A DNA stretch of 64,000 nt from a virus (IMGVR_UViG_3300015606_001334:128001-192000); one strand, 5' to 3'. Positions 1-9,430 are shown, numbered from the stretch's first letter. Translations and numbers: made by a program. Notes: generated by a model not told the origin, from the letters alone.

Positions 1-236
1 TTGATCAACGTGCTTATAGATTAGCTCGCGTAACTCATCAATAGTGAAAGAACTAAAATGATGAACTTGAAGAACTGTGTGACCTTTGCGGCGTAGGAAA
101 TGGCCAAGTCGTAGAACTGCTGAGCTTTTAATGAAATTTCGATGTGCTTGTGGATTTGCAAGATAATGCGAACCAGAACACTCACCGAAAAGGACGACTT
201 TGACTGCCATGATGTTCCTTGTTGTTTTTATTCTTT

Positions 237-312
237 TGGCCCGCCAGGAGGGAATCGAACCCCCAACCTACTGCTTAGAAGGCAGTTGCTCTATCCGTTG
301 AGCTACTGGCAG
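237..312 (-). tRNA. tRNA-Arg(TCT)
   Basis: Full cloverleaf, loop CTTCTAA, encoded CCA. Confidence 0.95.
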
Positions 313-317
313 AAAAA

Positions 318-584
318 GTTCTAACAAAAAGTGGTTATTGGGTTTCAGAATAGTCGTAACTATCCCTAAGACAGTTTATCCAACTGACAAGCATCTGATT
401 ATTCTTTCAGCAAATATCCGATTTTCTCTTACCGGCAAAATGTTAGGATTCTTCCCAACGCATATCAAGTTTAATTCAAGGAGGATTTTAGTCCTTGTTC
501 CCTATGTTGCTACAAAACTTGCAAATCTATCAACTCCAAAGGACGGGTATCATATTTAGGTAACCAATTCCCAACGGTTAGAAC
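318..584 (-). ncRNA. Y-RNA-like ncRNA (long form)
   Basis: GTTCTAAC-C-G / TTTTTGTTAGAAC terminal helix with bulged C; upper stem followed by GTTACC. Confidence 0.65.
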
Positions 585-670
585 ATTAACTTTTAACCTA
601 ATCACTAGTGACATTTCTACAATAGCAGAATAATTTCTGCATATAAAAACTAATAGGTACTAATAGGTTT

Positions 671-744
671 TGGAGCGGGATAGGAGAATCGAACTCCTTT
701 AGCCAGCTTGGAAGGCTGGAACTCAACCAATGAGCCAATCCCGC
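671..744 (-). tRNA. tRNA-Gly(TCC)
   Basis: Cloverleaf, loop CTTCCAA, U73-CCA. Confidence 0.93.
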
Positions 745-748
745 AAAT

Positions 749-873
749 GATAAACGAAAGTAGTAATCGAAAGATAGCGCCTTTCAGCGAACTATTTGAT
801 GGGCTTGAACCATCTAACACGTGGATTATTAGTCCTCTTGTATTAACCGATAATCAATTACTTGCGGTTTATC
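749..873 (-). ncRNA. Y-RNA-like ncRNA with T-arm (YrlA-like)
   Basis: GATAAAC-C-G / CGTTTATC helix, ATTATC motif, internal GATGG-TTCAAGC-CCATC T-arm. Confidence 0.75.
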
Positions 874-875
874 TT

Positions 876-951
876 TGGTGGGTGTACGTGGATTTGAACC
901 ACGGACCATCGCCTTATCAAGACGGTGCTCTACCAACTGAGCTATACACCC
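876..951 (-). tRNA. tRNA-Ile(GAT)
   Basis: Cloverleaf, loop TTGATAA, CCA. Confidence 0.95.
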
Positions 952-956
952 ATTAA

Positions 957-1086
957 GCATCAACAAAATTTGCAGACCGAGAGAAGTAATTTCGGCATCC
1001 GTGAGGATTTAGGCTACTACAACCTTACCGTTTTTGTTTTCACCAAATTGAAGTAGATAGATAACAGTCCACAGGTCGGTTGGTAC
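957..1086 (-). ncRNA. Y-RNA-like ncRNA
   Basis: GTACCAAC-C-G / TTTTGTTGATGC helix, upper stem TGTGGACT/GGTCTGCA, GTTATC. Confidence 0.7.
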
Positions 1087-1087
1087 T

Positions 1088-1163
1088 TGGTGGAGCTAGT
1101 CGGACTCGAACCGACCACCTACAGCTTGCAAAGCTGCCGCTCTCCCAGATGAGCTATAGCCCC
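1088..1163 (-). tRNA. tRNA-Ala(TGC)
   Basis: GGGGCTA start, G3:U70, CCA. Confidence 0.96.
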
Positions 1164-1229
1164 AAGTAAAATACTGCATATAGACTATATATTGTTTCCT
1201 GCAGTATTTTTGTATTCTATCAAGAAAAA

Positions 1230-1523
1230 TTATTGTTGTAAACTGTTTTGCGCAACTTTATTTTCAGAGTTTTTACCAATATGGAATCCATCACAATGCA
1301 CACACTTGTAATTGCTGAAATAGACTCCACGCTTCTTCGCCATAGCTTGAGCTGCTTTGGTTGCAGAAGCTTTTGAGCTGTAAGAAATCTTTGGTTTGCC
1401 GTCTGCATTTTCGTGCGACCGCTTACTGAACAAACCAATCAAATGACCCTTTCGAAGGTTACGAATAAACCTTGAAAGAGGCAACTGATCTTTCAGTGCT
1501 AGATAAATGTTTCGGAGTTTCAC
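1230..1523 (-). CDS. hypothetical protein with Cys/His motif (YKCVHCDGFH)
   Basis: ORF; start overlaps upstream stop. Confidence 0.7.
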   Translation of the reverse strand: MKLRNIYLALKDQLPLSRFIRNLRKGHLIGLFSKRSHENADGKPKISYSSKASATKAAQAMAKKRGVYFSNYKCVHCDGFHIGKNSENKVAQNSLQQ

Positions 1524-1723
1524 TTGAGTATTTCGCGTAATTGATTTTGACGATCTGCTTTGTCGAGAAGGTCAGTTAGATCCAAGTCGGCTGGAGGAAC
1601 CCTGTCAGAGAGCTTATTGCGGTACAACAGCTCATTGACCTTCTCCTCCACCCTATAATATCGAGTCAAAATCCAATCAGCGATCGATTGAAAGTTCATG
1701 ATATGCAGCCTTGCGAGTAACAT
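1520..1723 (-). CDS. hypothetical protein
   Basis: ORF with AAGGAG RBS. Confidence 0.65.
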   Translation of the reverse strand: MLLARLHIMNFQSIADWILTRYYRVEEKVNELLYRNKLSDRVPPADLDLTDLLDKADRQNQLREILK

Positions 1724-1764
1724 GGTTTTCTCCTTAAGTGCATTATATCATAAATCCCGAAAAA

Positions 1765-2301
1765 TTACATGACTGGATCAACAGCCTTAACTTCTGGTTC
1801 AACTTTTGCTTGGGATACAGCTTGAGCGCCCTTAGTTCTGAGAAGAGAAACAAGAGAGCTTAGATCACGAGCAATACGGTCCAACTCAATTTGAAGCTTT
1901 TGCTTGTCTTCTGCGTTGATTAGCTCAGCCCAAAAGTTGATGCGTTCTTCTTGATCATGGGACTGTTTAACAATCTTTTCGATTGCAGTAGCATGGTCAA
2001 AGTCAGAAGTAACTAGAATCGAAAAGACAACGTCTCTTAGATTTTGCTGAAGAGTATTCGAAGAAATTTGCTTGTTGATGACGCGCTCGATCTTTTCAAG
2101 AGCTGCGCAGAACTTAGCAACATGTTCGCTAGACCAAAGTTCACCAACAGTTTCTGCTGGAGTTTTGCCGTTAGCGTAGGTGGTACGAAGGTTACGAATC
2201 ATTTCAGCCGCAGATTCGAATAGAAGATCAGAAGCTTGTGGGCTTGAGGACTCTAGAACCTGTTGGAATGAAAGAACCTGTTTGATGTCATTGATTTTCA
2301 T
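1765..2301 (-). CDS. hypothetical protein, probable late/virion-internal
   Basis: ORF; AATAAATA late-type box upstream; MKINDIK..LE N-terminus. Confidence 0.7.
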   Translation of the reverse strand: MKINDIKQVLSFQQVLESSSPQASDLLFESAAEMIRNLRTTYANGKTPAETVGELWSSEHVAKFCAALEKIERVINKQISSNTLQQNLRDVVFSILVTSDFDHATAIEKIVKQSHDQEERINFWAELINAEDKQKLQIELDRIARDLSSLVSLLRTKGAQAVSQAKVEPEVKAVDPVM

Positions 2302-2359
2302 AATAGAAATAGGGAGTAGTTGTCTACTCCCTATTTATTACTTCTTGATCTGAAAGCGA

Positions 2360-2770
2360 TTAAGCGAAGGACTTACGGGCCAGATCAACCGAGAAGGTCT
2401 TGAATTCGCCGGTGGCAGTTTCACGAACAATGATCGGCAAACGAGCATTTGCGCTACGGGCGCCGACGATCGTATATGCGCGACCTTGATGGGTCAGCTT
2501 ACGGCCAAGGTCTTCACGAGAAAGACCAAAGGAGAAGTAGTTTCGCATGAAGTTGGAAACCCACTTTGGATCGACGTCAGAACCGGCAGCCGAAGTATCT
2601 TCATTGAGGACCATCGACGTCATTTTGGCAGAGAACTCATTTTCAGAGTAGGTAATCTTGCCAACGCCGATCTTGATGCCGAACTTCTTTTCGACTTCAG
2701 CCAATGCCGCGGTCATTTCAGCACGGATCTGGTTGAGGTTGGAAGGATTGAAAGCGGCGATCTTGGTCAT
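2360..2770 (-). CDS. hypothetical early protein
   Basis: GAGGAG RBS, early promoter upstream. Confidence 0.75.
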   Translation of the reverse strand: MTKIAAFNPSNLNQIRAEMTAALAEVEKKFGIKIGVGKITYSENEFSAKMTSMVLNEDTSAAGSDVDPKWVSNFMRNYFSFGLSREDLGRKLTHQGRAYTIVGARSANARLPIIVRETATGEFKTFSVDLARKSFA

Positions 2771-2804
2771 CTTTGAAACTCCTCATCAGTTAATCGATAA
2801 GTTG

Positions 2805-2835
2805 TATTCTACACTCAAACCCGAAAAAGTAAACA
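2805..2835 (-). promoter_or_regulatory. early sigma70-type phage promoter (GTTTAC...TAGAAT)
   Basis: The GTTTAC(A/T)-~17-TA(T/G)AAT pattern recurs upstream of many minus-strand genes. Confidence 0.75.
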
Positions 2836-2840
2836 ACTTT

Positions 2841-3056
2841 TTATTCGTCGCTGTCTCTAAAGCGGAAGCCACAAGCCTCTAGATCTAGATCGGCAGGGAA
2901 GGTGTAATAATCTGGACCACCGTCATTTGCCCAATATGATTCTGGATCTTCTTCAATTAGATCTTCTGCCTTCTTGGTATCACGATACCAGTCAATACAG
3001 GAGGAACCATCACCCAAATCTCGAATTATGCTGCAGATTACTTGTTGTTCCGACAT
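2841..3056 (-). CDS. hypothetical protein
   Basis: ORF in tightly packed operon. Confidence 0.7.
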   Translation of the reverse strand: MSEQQVICSIIRDLGDGSSCIDWYRDTKKAEDLIEEDPESYWANDGGPDYYTFPADLDLEACGFRFRDSDE

Positions 3057-3214
3057 TTTGCTTCCTTTAGAAGTTCGTCTAAAATCTCTTGGTCGATTGC
3101 GTCAGAAAGGCGTCTAGCCGCAAGATCATAGCTTTTGTCCATGATTTGCTGCATAGGCGCCTTTTCTTTTATGAGTCCGTCTAGTTCTTGTTGTAATTGT
3201 GCGACGGACGTCAT
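3038..3214 (-). CDS. hypothetical protein
   Basis: ORF; likely start MTSVAQ. Confidence 0.6.
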   Translation of the reverse strand: MTSVAQLQQELDGLIKEKAPMQQIMDKSYDLAARRLSDAIDQEILDELLKEAKCRNNK

Positions 3215-3216
3215 GA

Positions 3217-3501
3217 TTAGCGGCTTGCTACTGCGAGACGCTTGGAGTCGTAAGTGACTTCGCCGACACAACCAACTTTACGCATTGCTGCTGCCATCTT
3301 TTGACGGATGTCGTATTCTTGACCGCCCCAAACTGGGCCATACGTAGCAACGATTTCAGCGCCATCAGAATAGATGTTTGCAGAAATCAGTTTGATACCA
3401 GAACGCTTGGCAAAATCGAGAACAACTTCTTTAGCCTTGGCGCCACGAGTTTTGGATAGGTTGATTTTGGACGTAACAACGCCCTGAGTCTTTTGTTGCA
3501 T
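3217..3501 (-). CDS. hypothetical protein
   Basis: ORF in operon. Confidence 0.7.
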   Translation of the reverse strand: MQQKTQGVVTSKINLSKTRGAKAKEVVLDFAKRSGIKLISANIYSDGAEIVATYGPVWGGQEYDIRQKMAAAMRKVGCVGEVTYDSKRLAVASR

Positions 3502-3502
3502 T

Positions 3503-3706
3503 TCAGGATTCCTTATCTAAGGAGTGGTTAAAAAACTTTTGATTGTACGGGGCCTTGCGCTCACAATGAACGCTTGTGATGATAGACAGAATTGCCAGTA
3601 GAACTGCAGCAAATCCGCTAATTGTATCTGACTGGTACAGTCCCGAAATTAGGGACATTGTAAGGCAATCAAAAAGATTTAGACGACGGCCGAAAAGAAA
3701 ATTCAT
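3503..3706 (-). CDS. small membrane protein
   Basis: Hydrophobic segments. Confidence 0.6.
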   Translation of the reverse strand: MNFLFGRRLNLFDCLTMSLISGLYQSDTISGFAAVLLAILSIITSVHCERKAPYNQKFFNHSLDKES

Positions 3707-3936
3707 TGATTAGATGGAGGGATTTCTCCCTCCACATCCTTACTCTTCGGACTTCTTCGGCTTACGGGCATTGCGCCAGTAGTTGGAAGAGGAGGCGCTC
3801 CACCAAGAATGCTTCTTGGTCTTGTTTTGGCGAGCACCAACGTTGAACGGCTGGGCTGCTGGGTTGGAAGGATGATTTTGGTACTGAAGCTTCTGAGACA
3901 TTTAGTCTTCTCCTTGTTGAAATTTATTGAATCTTG

Positions 3937-4134
3937 TTAGTCGCCGCCGAAATCGCCAAAAGAATCAGCCAAACCGGCAGCACCTTCGCCAGATGCGAAT
4001 CGAAAAATTAGCCCGATTACCGCGCCAATAATCGATCCGATAATGCAATGCTGGTCAAAAGCAAATTCGCCTACCAAACCGCCAATCGAACCGAAAATCA
4101 GAACTAAAACAAAAGTAATCATCACTTTCTCCAA
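3937..4134 (-). CDS. small two-TM membrane protein
   Basis: Gly-rich hydrophobic helices. Confidence 0.6.
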   Translation of the reverse strand: MEKVMITFVLVLIFGSIGGLVGEFAFDQHCIIGSIIGAVIGLIFRFASGEGAAGLADSFGDFGGD

Positions 4135-4156
4135 AAGATGAGAAATTATAAACTAC

Positions 4157-4453
4157 TCATTTCTTATTGTAAACTGGTTTTTCAATCAGGGCATTAAAAT
4201 ATTCATTGATGAAATTACTAATAACTGCTTGCAACGCCCTCATAGAACGAGCAAAAGTTAAACTGACTGCGATAATTTGGTATGGGGTCTCAATGTACTT
4301 ATCTACTAGTTGTCTAATTTGGTCATGAGAAAACTCATCGAGCATCTGAAGAGTATCAACAGAATATCCATGATCAATCAGTAGAGAGGAAATGTATAAG
4401 GGACCAGCTGAAAGACTAAATGTCTCTGCGCTGATTACAACTACTTCTGCCAT
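4157..4453 (-). pseudogene. truncated B12-binding-domain (radical SAM N-terminal)-like fragment
   Basis: GPLYISSLLIDHGYSVD...IIAVSLTF resembles the cobalamin-binding N-domain; no CxxxCxxC domain follows. Confidence 0.4.
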
Positions 4454-4458
4454 TATTC

Positions 4459-5124
4459 TTAAAATTTAATCTTTCTGCCTTCACCCCATCCATCAGGAAG
4501 ACATTCTATCTTTTTTATTTTCTTGGAAATTTTCAATTCTAGATTGTGAATCCATCTTAATCCAAATTGAGAATTATTTTCTCCGGCATTTTTAGACTTT
4601 TGCATTTTCTGTTTGGTCTCTTCACTATGAGTCTTTCCTAAGAATGCGGTATTTCCTTTTCCGCCGAATGGCTTTTCACCATTTTCAGAACGAAGTTTCC
4701 AAGCTTCTGATAAACTATTACTCACTTTCGACTTGTACGTCGGGTCTGAAGACATTTTATCTGAATGCGCTTTTACCCATTGCCAGCATCTCTTGTCTAT
4801 CTCTTCGCGAGACGAATTTACGTGATACCATCCACCTTCTCCTCCTTGACGAAGATTCATGCAGAGCTTGTCGCTAATCAATTCAATAGTAACAAGCTCT
4901 TTCTCTCTCGCTACTAAATCTTCTCTTGAAAAGTAGTGCTCAAGAATTTCCATTTCATGGTTTTCTTTACCATATTTGTTTATCGATTTCCACAAATATG
5001 TTCCACTTCCAAAATAACCGTCATTTAGGTTATCTGTTGAATGCATTCCAATGTAAAACTTACCATTAAGCTTATTGATGATTCGATAAATATAATGGTA
5101 CTTTCTTCTTGACGCTCTTGTCAT
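4459..5124 (-). CDS. GIY-YIG homing endonuclease (Seg-like, NUMOD3)
   Basis: YIYRIINKLNGKFYIGMH; GKTHSEETKQKM; TATAAATA upstream. Confidence 0.9.
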   Translation of the reverse strand: MTRASRRKYHYIYRIINKLNGKFYIGMHSTDNLNDGYFGSGTYLWKSINKYGKENHEMEILEHYFSREDLVAREKELVTIELISDKLCMNLRQGGEGGWYHVNSSREEIDKRCWQWVKAHSDKMSSDPTYKSKVSNSLSEAWKLRSENGEKPFGGKGNTAFLGKTHSEETKQKMQKSKNAGENNSQFGLRWIHNLELKISKKIKKIECLPDGWGEGRKIKF

Positions 5125-5185
5125 TTCAAAATACTCTTAAACTAATAGGAGTATTTATATGAGGAAATGGCACTTTTATTCCGGG

Positions 5186-5259
5186 TCGGAGTAGAGAGAT
5201 TCGAACTCCCGACATCCTGCTCCCAAAGCAGGCGGTCTACCAGGCTGACCTATACTCCG
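5186..5259 (-). tRNA. tRNA-Pro(TGG), CCA not encoded
   Basis: Cloverleaf, loop TTTGGGA; 3' end reads A-CCCGG. Confidence 0.93.
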
Positions 5260-5399
5260 AAATGAGGGTCCTAACTTATACCACGTCATCTAAATCCCTA
5301 CCCTCGGAAGGAAGTAGCACTTTGGCGCTGTATAAGCCATCAATCACTGGGTAACGAACTTCAGGTCCAGCTGCATTGATGTTGTAAAACTATTTATTG

Positions 5400-5429
5400 A
5401 ATTATATCAACTTACCAGAAAAAGTAAAC
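5400..5429 (-). promoter_or_regulatory. early promoter GTTTACT...TATAAT
   Basis: Matches the recurring consensus. Confidence 0.75.
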
Positions 5430-5447
5430 TGATGTTGTGAAATTCTT

Positions 5448-5693
5448 TTAGGAATTTGCCCAAGCTCTGAGGTCATCGACTGTCTTGACACCAGACACTC
5501 GCTTTATTTCTTTGCCTGATTCAAGCATTACAAGGGTAGGAACGCCACGAATCTTGTACTCGGCGGAAAGGTCGCCCATTTCATCGACGTCAATTTCTTC
5601 TACAGGAACAGTCAGTTGAGCCTGTTCTAGATTCTTTGCCAGCATCTTACAAGGTTGGCACCACGTTGCGGAGAACTTTAGGATCTTTTTCAT
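5448..5693 (-). CDS. trxA: thioredoxin
   Basis: FSATWCQPC active site, IRGVPT. Confidence 0.9.
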   Translation of the reverse strand: MKKILKFSATWCQPCKMLAKNLEQAQLTVPVEEIDVDEMGDLSAEYKIRGVPTLVMLESGKEIKRVSGVKTVDDLRAWANS

Positions 5694-5895
5694 TTTTTAC
5701 CTTTCAAGGATTTTTCGTAGTCTTTGATTGCTTTAGCTACGTCTTTTTCGATTTTCGCCCAATGGAACTCCCATACTTCCTTACCGTCGACCTTGCTTAT
5801 GGTAAAGTGGTTGTTCTTAGCGACGATGCTCTTCTTTGATGCCATAATGTTCTCCGAAATGTTGATTGACGGAAATATTTATGGAAAGAAAACTG

Positions 5896-6270
5896 CTATT
5901 TCGCGACTTTCTTCTTTACACCAAAGATTTTTTCATACGACAGAAGAGCCTCTTGCTTGTACTTCAGTTCGCGCTTTTCTGCGTTCTCTTGACTAGTCTG
6001 GATGGTCTTAGCCGTTTCGACTGTCGACGATAGAAAGTTAGAGATTGCAATGACGCGCTCTTTAGCTTCCCTTCGTTTCTTTAGTAGTTGTCGAAGACTC
6101 TTTGTAACCTTTGACAACTCTGCTGCGTTGAGCTCAAGAAGCTCAATCATGTGATAATGATCATTGATCTGCTTATCGAAAGAACTCATTTGAGAATTCA
6201 AATCAGATTTTTGGGTTTTTATTTTATCGATCAGGTCGAGAGCGGAAGACAGCTCTTTAAGTTCGTTCAT
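5896..6270 (-). CDS. coiled-coil hypothetical protein
   Basis: Helical heptad pattern. Confidence 0.7.
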   Translation of the reverse strand: MNELKELSSALDLIDKIKTQKSDLNSQMSSFDKQINDHYHMIELLELNAAELSKVTKSLRQLLKKRREAKERVIAISNFLSSTVETAKTIQTSQENAEKRELKYKQEALLSYEKIFGVKKKVAK

Positions 6271-6304
6271 ACGAAATCAAATTAAATTGTAGATGGCAAC
6301 ATCC

Positions 6305-6577
6305 TTAGATGTCAAATCCTTCTTGTTCACATTCATCTTTGCTGTCAAATGATAAGACAGTAGAGAATGCGGTTCTCCAAATTTTCAACTTGAATCCATT
6401 TCCTGCTGAATTCAAAATTTGGTAAAGGACCTTTGTGCCTTGTTTGTGGAGTGCTTTTTCGTTATTTGCTGATGTCATTTCAACATCATACGGCAACAGA
6501 AGCGTTTTCTGGCTAGAAGACACCATCAAATTATTGTTAGACTGAGGAGTAACAGTGATGAACTCGATTAGCTTCAT
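6305..6577 (-). CDS. hypothetical protein
   Basis: ORF in late unit. Confidence 0.65.
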   Translation of the reverse strand: MKLIEFITVTPQSNNNLMVSSSQKTLLLPYDVEMTSANNEKALHKQGTKVLYQILNSAGNGFKLKIWRTAFSTVLSFDSKDECEQEGFDI

Positions 6578-6813
6578 TTGACGTATTTGGCAATTTCTTC
6601 TTGGATTGCAGCCATCTTCTTCGCGATAACTTCTTGCTTATTGCTAAGCTCACGAACCTTCTTCATGAATTCGGATTGAAGCGATTGCATTTCTTTGTAG
6701 ATCTCGTTAGAATCTTTTAGGAGCTTCTGATATTCCTGATCTAGGACAGAGACTACTCTACCTTTTTCTTGGATTGATACGGTTGCTTCTTCTAGGTGTC
6801 TAATGAGTTTCAT
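6574..6813 (-). CDS. coiled-coil hypothetical protein, late
   Basis: TATAAATA at 6841-6848; MKLIRHLEE. Confidence 0.65.
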   Translation of the reverse strand: MKLIRHLEEATVSIQEKGRVVSVLDQEYQKLLKDSNEIYKEMQSLQSEFMKKVRELSNKQEVIAKKMAAIQEEIAKYVK

Positions 6814-6959
6814 GATGGGTTCTTTCAATTGCTATGGGAATATTTATAGCCAACTTCAGTCGTTCATCAATCCGTCAAACAACTCTTGAGAGTATTTGTG
6901 TAGCTCGTCATAAAGCTCTGGAATGTCAAAGGTGTCGCTTAAAACACTATTCTTAGTGT

Positions 6960-7418
6960 TCACCAACTTGGGCGAACCGCCTCATTCTCGTCTTCAAGGA
7001 CGTAGAAGTTGGTTTTCGAAGTGTAAGCATTCAGAATCGGGAAATTGACGACATGCGAACGTCTACCACGATCTGTGTGAGGATAAAGCTTACTACCGTT
7101 TTTGAATACTAGTGCAGTCCCTAGCGGCCATTGGATCCCCTTCATTAGCTCCTCGAGGAATGGGAACTTCTCTATGTTTGGAATGAGACTGAATGAAAAC
7201 GGCTGGAACTCATAAGCTTTTTCGACTTGCTTATTTTCGTCAGGAACAATTGGGATACCTTCCTCAACTCGAGTTCTGAAGTAACGATCTACAGCTTCTT
7301 GTAGTTGAGGAGTAGGATGCTCTGACAGCTCAAGAACATGGTCAGCAAATGCTTGAATGTCTGAGTCTGGAATATCAGGAAAAGCCTTGATGTCTAGATG
7401 AAATACTTTTTCGGTCAT
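6960..7418 (-). CDS. 2OG-Fe(II) oxygenase-like protein, probably truncated or frameshifted
   Basis: LYPHTD (HxD) and VNFPI motifs; LVNTK continuation lies in another frame; distal His absent. Confidence 0.5.
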   Translation of the reverse strand: MTEKVFHLDIKAFPDIPDSDIQAFADHVLELSEHPTPQLQEAVDRYFRTRVEEGIPIVPDENKQVEKAYEFQPFSFSLIPNIEKFPFLEELMKGIQWPLGTALVFKNGSKLYPHTDRGRRSHVVNFPILNAYTSKTNFYVLEDENEAVRPSW

Positions 7419-8233
7419 TTTTTACATGCTGAAATGAGATAGTTCTTTGAACGTTCTGGGTAGGCAGTACTAAACATTGCCATGAAGAATCCATAAGAGA
7501 ACCTTCTAGTCAAGTCGCTCAATGGCTTTTCTTGTTCTGACGGATTATCAAGATCTAGCATTACAGAACGGGTGATAGCACCAAAATGATCTAGTAGGGC
7601 GAAGTTTGTTACTTCTAAAGCGTCTTTCAGTTCTTCAAAAGAGAACTCGTAAATGTGACCGTGCTTAGTGTATTGGCCACCAACTGCCTTTGAGATGAAT
7701 TCTTCTCCAAGATGCTTCTTGGGATTTGGTGCGCTTAGTACAAGGCGGCCATGATCAAACAGAAGTTTATTGCATGAATCAAGCATTCTGATTGCATCTT
7801 CTTTTCCAACATGCTCTAAAACCTGTTGGGCTGAAATGACGTCGAATTGCTCCGTTATCACATCGTGAATCGCGGCGTCATCATTGATGTCTAAGTGTAT
7901 GAGTCTAATTTCGTCGCCGTAAATACTTCTGGCATCATCTAAAGATGATTGACGAACGTCTATGCCGACATACTCGATTTCTTTAGCTTCAAAGAACTTG
8001 AAATTGTTCTTCAGAAATCCAAATAGGGTGGCATTGCTGCACCCTATGTCTAGAATTTTAATTTTTGGTTTGGAATTTGAAAAAGCCACTGCTTCAATAA
8101 TCTGACACACGAACATGTAACGAAGAACGTTACCCCAAATTCGTGGTGAATTGAAATCAAGGTGCGAATCTCTAATCAATTTGAAAAGATCTTCTGCTCC
8201 GTCAATATGTGCTCTACTGTAATCTTCTTTCAT
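7415..8233 (-). CDS. class I SAM-dependent methyltransferase
   Basis: ILDIGC, YVGID, FDVISAQQVLEH, GRLVLSAPN. Confidence 0.88.
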   Translation of the reverse strand: MKEDYSRAHIDGAEDLFKLIRDSHLDFNSPRIWGNVLRYMFVCQIIEAVAFSNSKPKIKILDIGCSNATLFGFLKNNFKFFEAKEIEYVGIDVRQSSLDDARSIYGDEIRLIHLDINDDAAIHDVITEQFDVISAQQVLEHVGKEDAIRMLDSCNKLLFDHGRLVLSAPNPKKHLGEEFISKAVGGQYTKHGHIYEFSFEELKDALEVTNFALLDHFGAITRSVMLDLDNPSEQEKPLSDLTRRFSYGFFMAMFSTAYPERSKNYLISACKK

Positions 8234-8277
8234 ACAAGCTCAATTCTCTTTAAAGGAGTATTTATCCTTTTGCGATT

Positions 8278-8482
8278 TCATACTTTAGCGTTCTGATGCT
8301 CGCTTTCCTGACTCAAGGATAATGTCCAATCGTCCGCCGTACTAGCGAGATTTCTCCTTGCTTAAGGGAGCAACGGTTTTAAGAGGTTAAGCGGACCTCT
8401 TCTTTGTGCCGTTCTTTTAGATTTGCCTTCAATTGTAATAACATCCGAAGATGCCTGGCTACATCAGAACGCTTAAGTATGA
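8278..8482 (-). ncRNA. orphan structured ncRNA (~205 nt)
   Basis: ~20-bp terminal helix, internal hairpins, TCCGC/GCGGA pseudoknot potential. Confidence 0.6.
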
Positions 8483-8504
8483 ATAGTCAATCATTACAAT
8501 TGAC

Positions 8505-8649
8505 TGGTGGAGCCGACGGGTCTCGAACCACGTACGTCGCAAGGACACCGGTTTTACCTTAGATAACCATTTTCTGTCGGCTTATTTCTAAGCAAAAGTT
8601 TGAAAACGACTTTTTTGACCGGCGCGTCTACCAATTTCGCCACGACTCC
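8505..8649 (-). ncRNA. tRNA-Leu-type body with Y-RNA-like module in anticodon loop
   Basis: Leu D-loop, variable arm, A-CCA; CCGGT/ACCGG stem encloses CTTTTGCTTA-GAAA-TAAGC-C-G...GGTTATC. Confidence 0.8.
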
Positions 8650-8652
8650 ATT

Positions 8653-8770
8653 CGGTGGGGAGGAGTGGGTTTGAACCACTGACCTTCAGCGGAATACTGA
8701 TCACCTCAAGGCGGCCGCCAGATGAATGTTCTTCCAAACGCTGATGCTCTACCAACTGAGCTACCTCCCC
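8653..8770 (-). ncRNA. tRNA-like RNA with ~49-nt anticodon-loop insertion
   Basis: Normal acceptor, D and T arms; TCAGC/GCTGA stem; ends A-CCG. Confidence 0.75.
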
Positions 8771-8980
8771 AAATTCTCGCACAAGACCATATTTCGTCTA
8801 GAGCGGCTACACCCCAGCTTTATTTTTGGTTACCTGCCAGGTATACGAGAAAGTAAACAATCTTAGCTTGCCTGCAAATCCTGAGAAGGAATTTATCGGT
8901 TTTACCAGCAGTCTATCGCTATTCACGGGTTGTCTCGTTTACTGTTTTAAGTAGCTATTACACTACCCCGTTAGATTGTT

Positions 8981-9057
8981 TGGTGGGAATCCTGGGACTC
9001 GAACCCAGAACCTTCTGCTTAAGAGGCAGATACTCTAACCAATTGAGTTAGATTCCC
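8981..9057 (-). tRNA. tRNA-Lys(CTT)
   Basis: Cloverleaf, loop CTCTTAA, CCA. Confidence 0.95.
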
Positions 9058-9064
9058 GAATTAC

Positions 9065-9346
9065 TTAGGCGTAAACACGTGTGATGTAATTCAAAATGTT
9101 CACCATACCTTCGTAGGACATTTTACCTTCAACGTGTTGTTCAAAAATTTGACGGCGTTTTACGCCTTGTTCGTCAAGGGAACGGATAAGTTGAACTTCT
9201 TCAAACGTCAACTTCCGGTTCTTGTTTGCCTTCGGCTTTTCAGCCTTATCTTTTGCTTTTTCGCCTTGGTTACGGCCAGTTGCCATACCACGAAAACCGC
9301 GAGAAGCAGTAGAAGCCAAACCCATACCAATGAAGAACATAGACAT
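9065..9346 (-). CDS. small basic HTH-like protein
   Basis: RKLTFEEVQLIR...QIF pattern; AAGGAG RBS. Confidence 0.6.
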   Translation of the reverse strand: MSMFFIGMGLASTASRGFRGMATGRNQGEKAKDKAEKPKANKNRKLTFEEVQLIRSLDEQGVKRRQIFEQHVEGKMSYEGMVNILNYITRVYA

Positions 9347-9430
9347 TTTTAACTCCTTGTTATGATTTACTACAAGGAGAATTATATTTCAATTTTCAAT
9401 TTTTGTAAACTGAAATTGAAAATTTGTTTT

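Noticed and set aside
5302-5320. SRP RNA-like CGGAAGGAAGTAGC
   Set aside because: It is on the non-transcribed strand and lacks the rest of SRP domain IV pairing.
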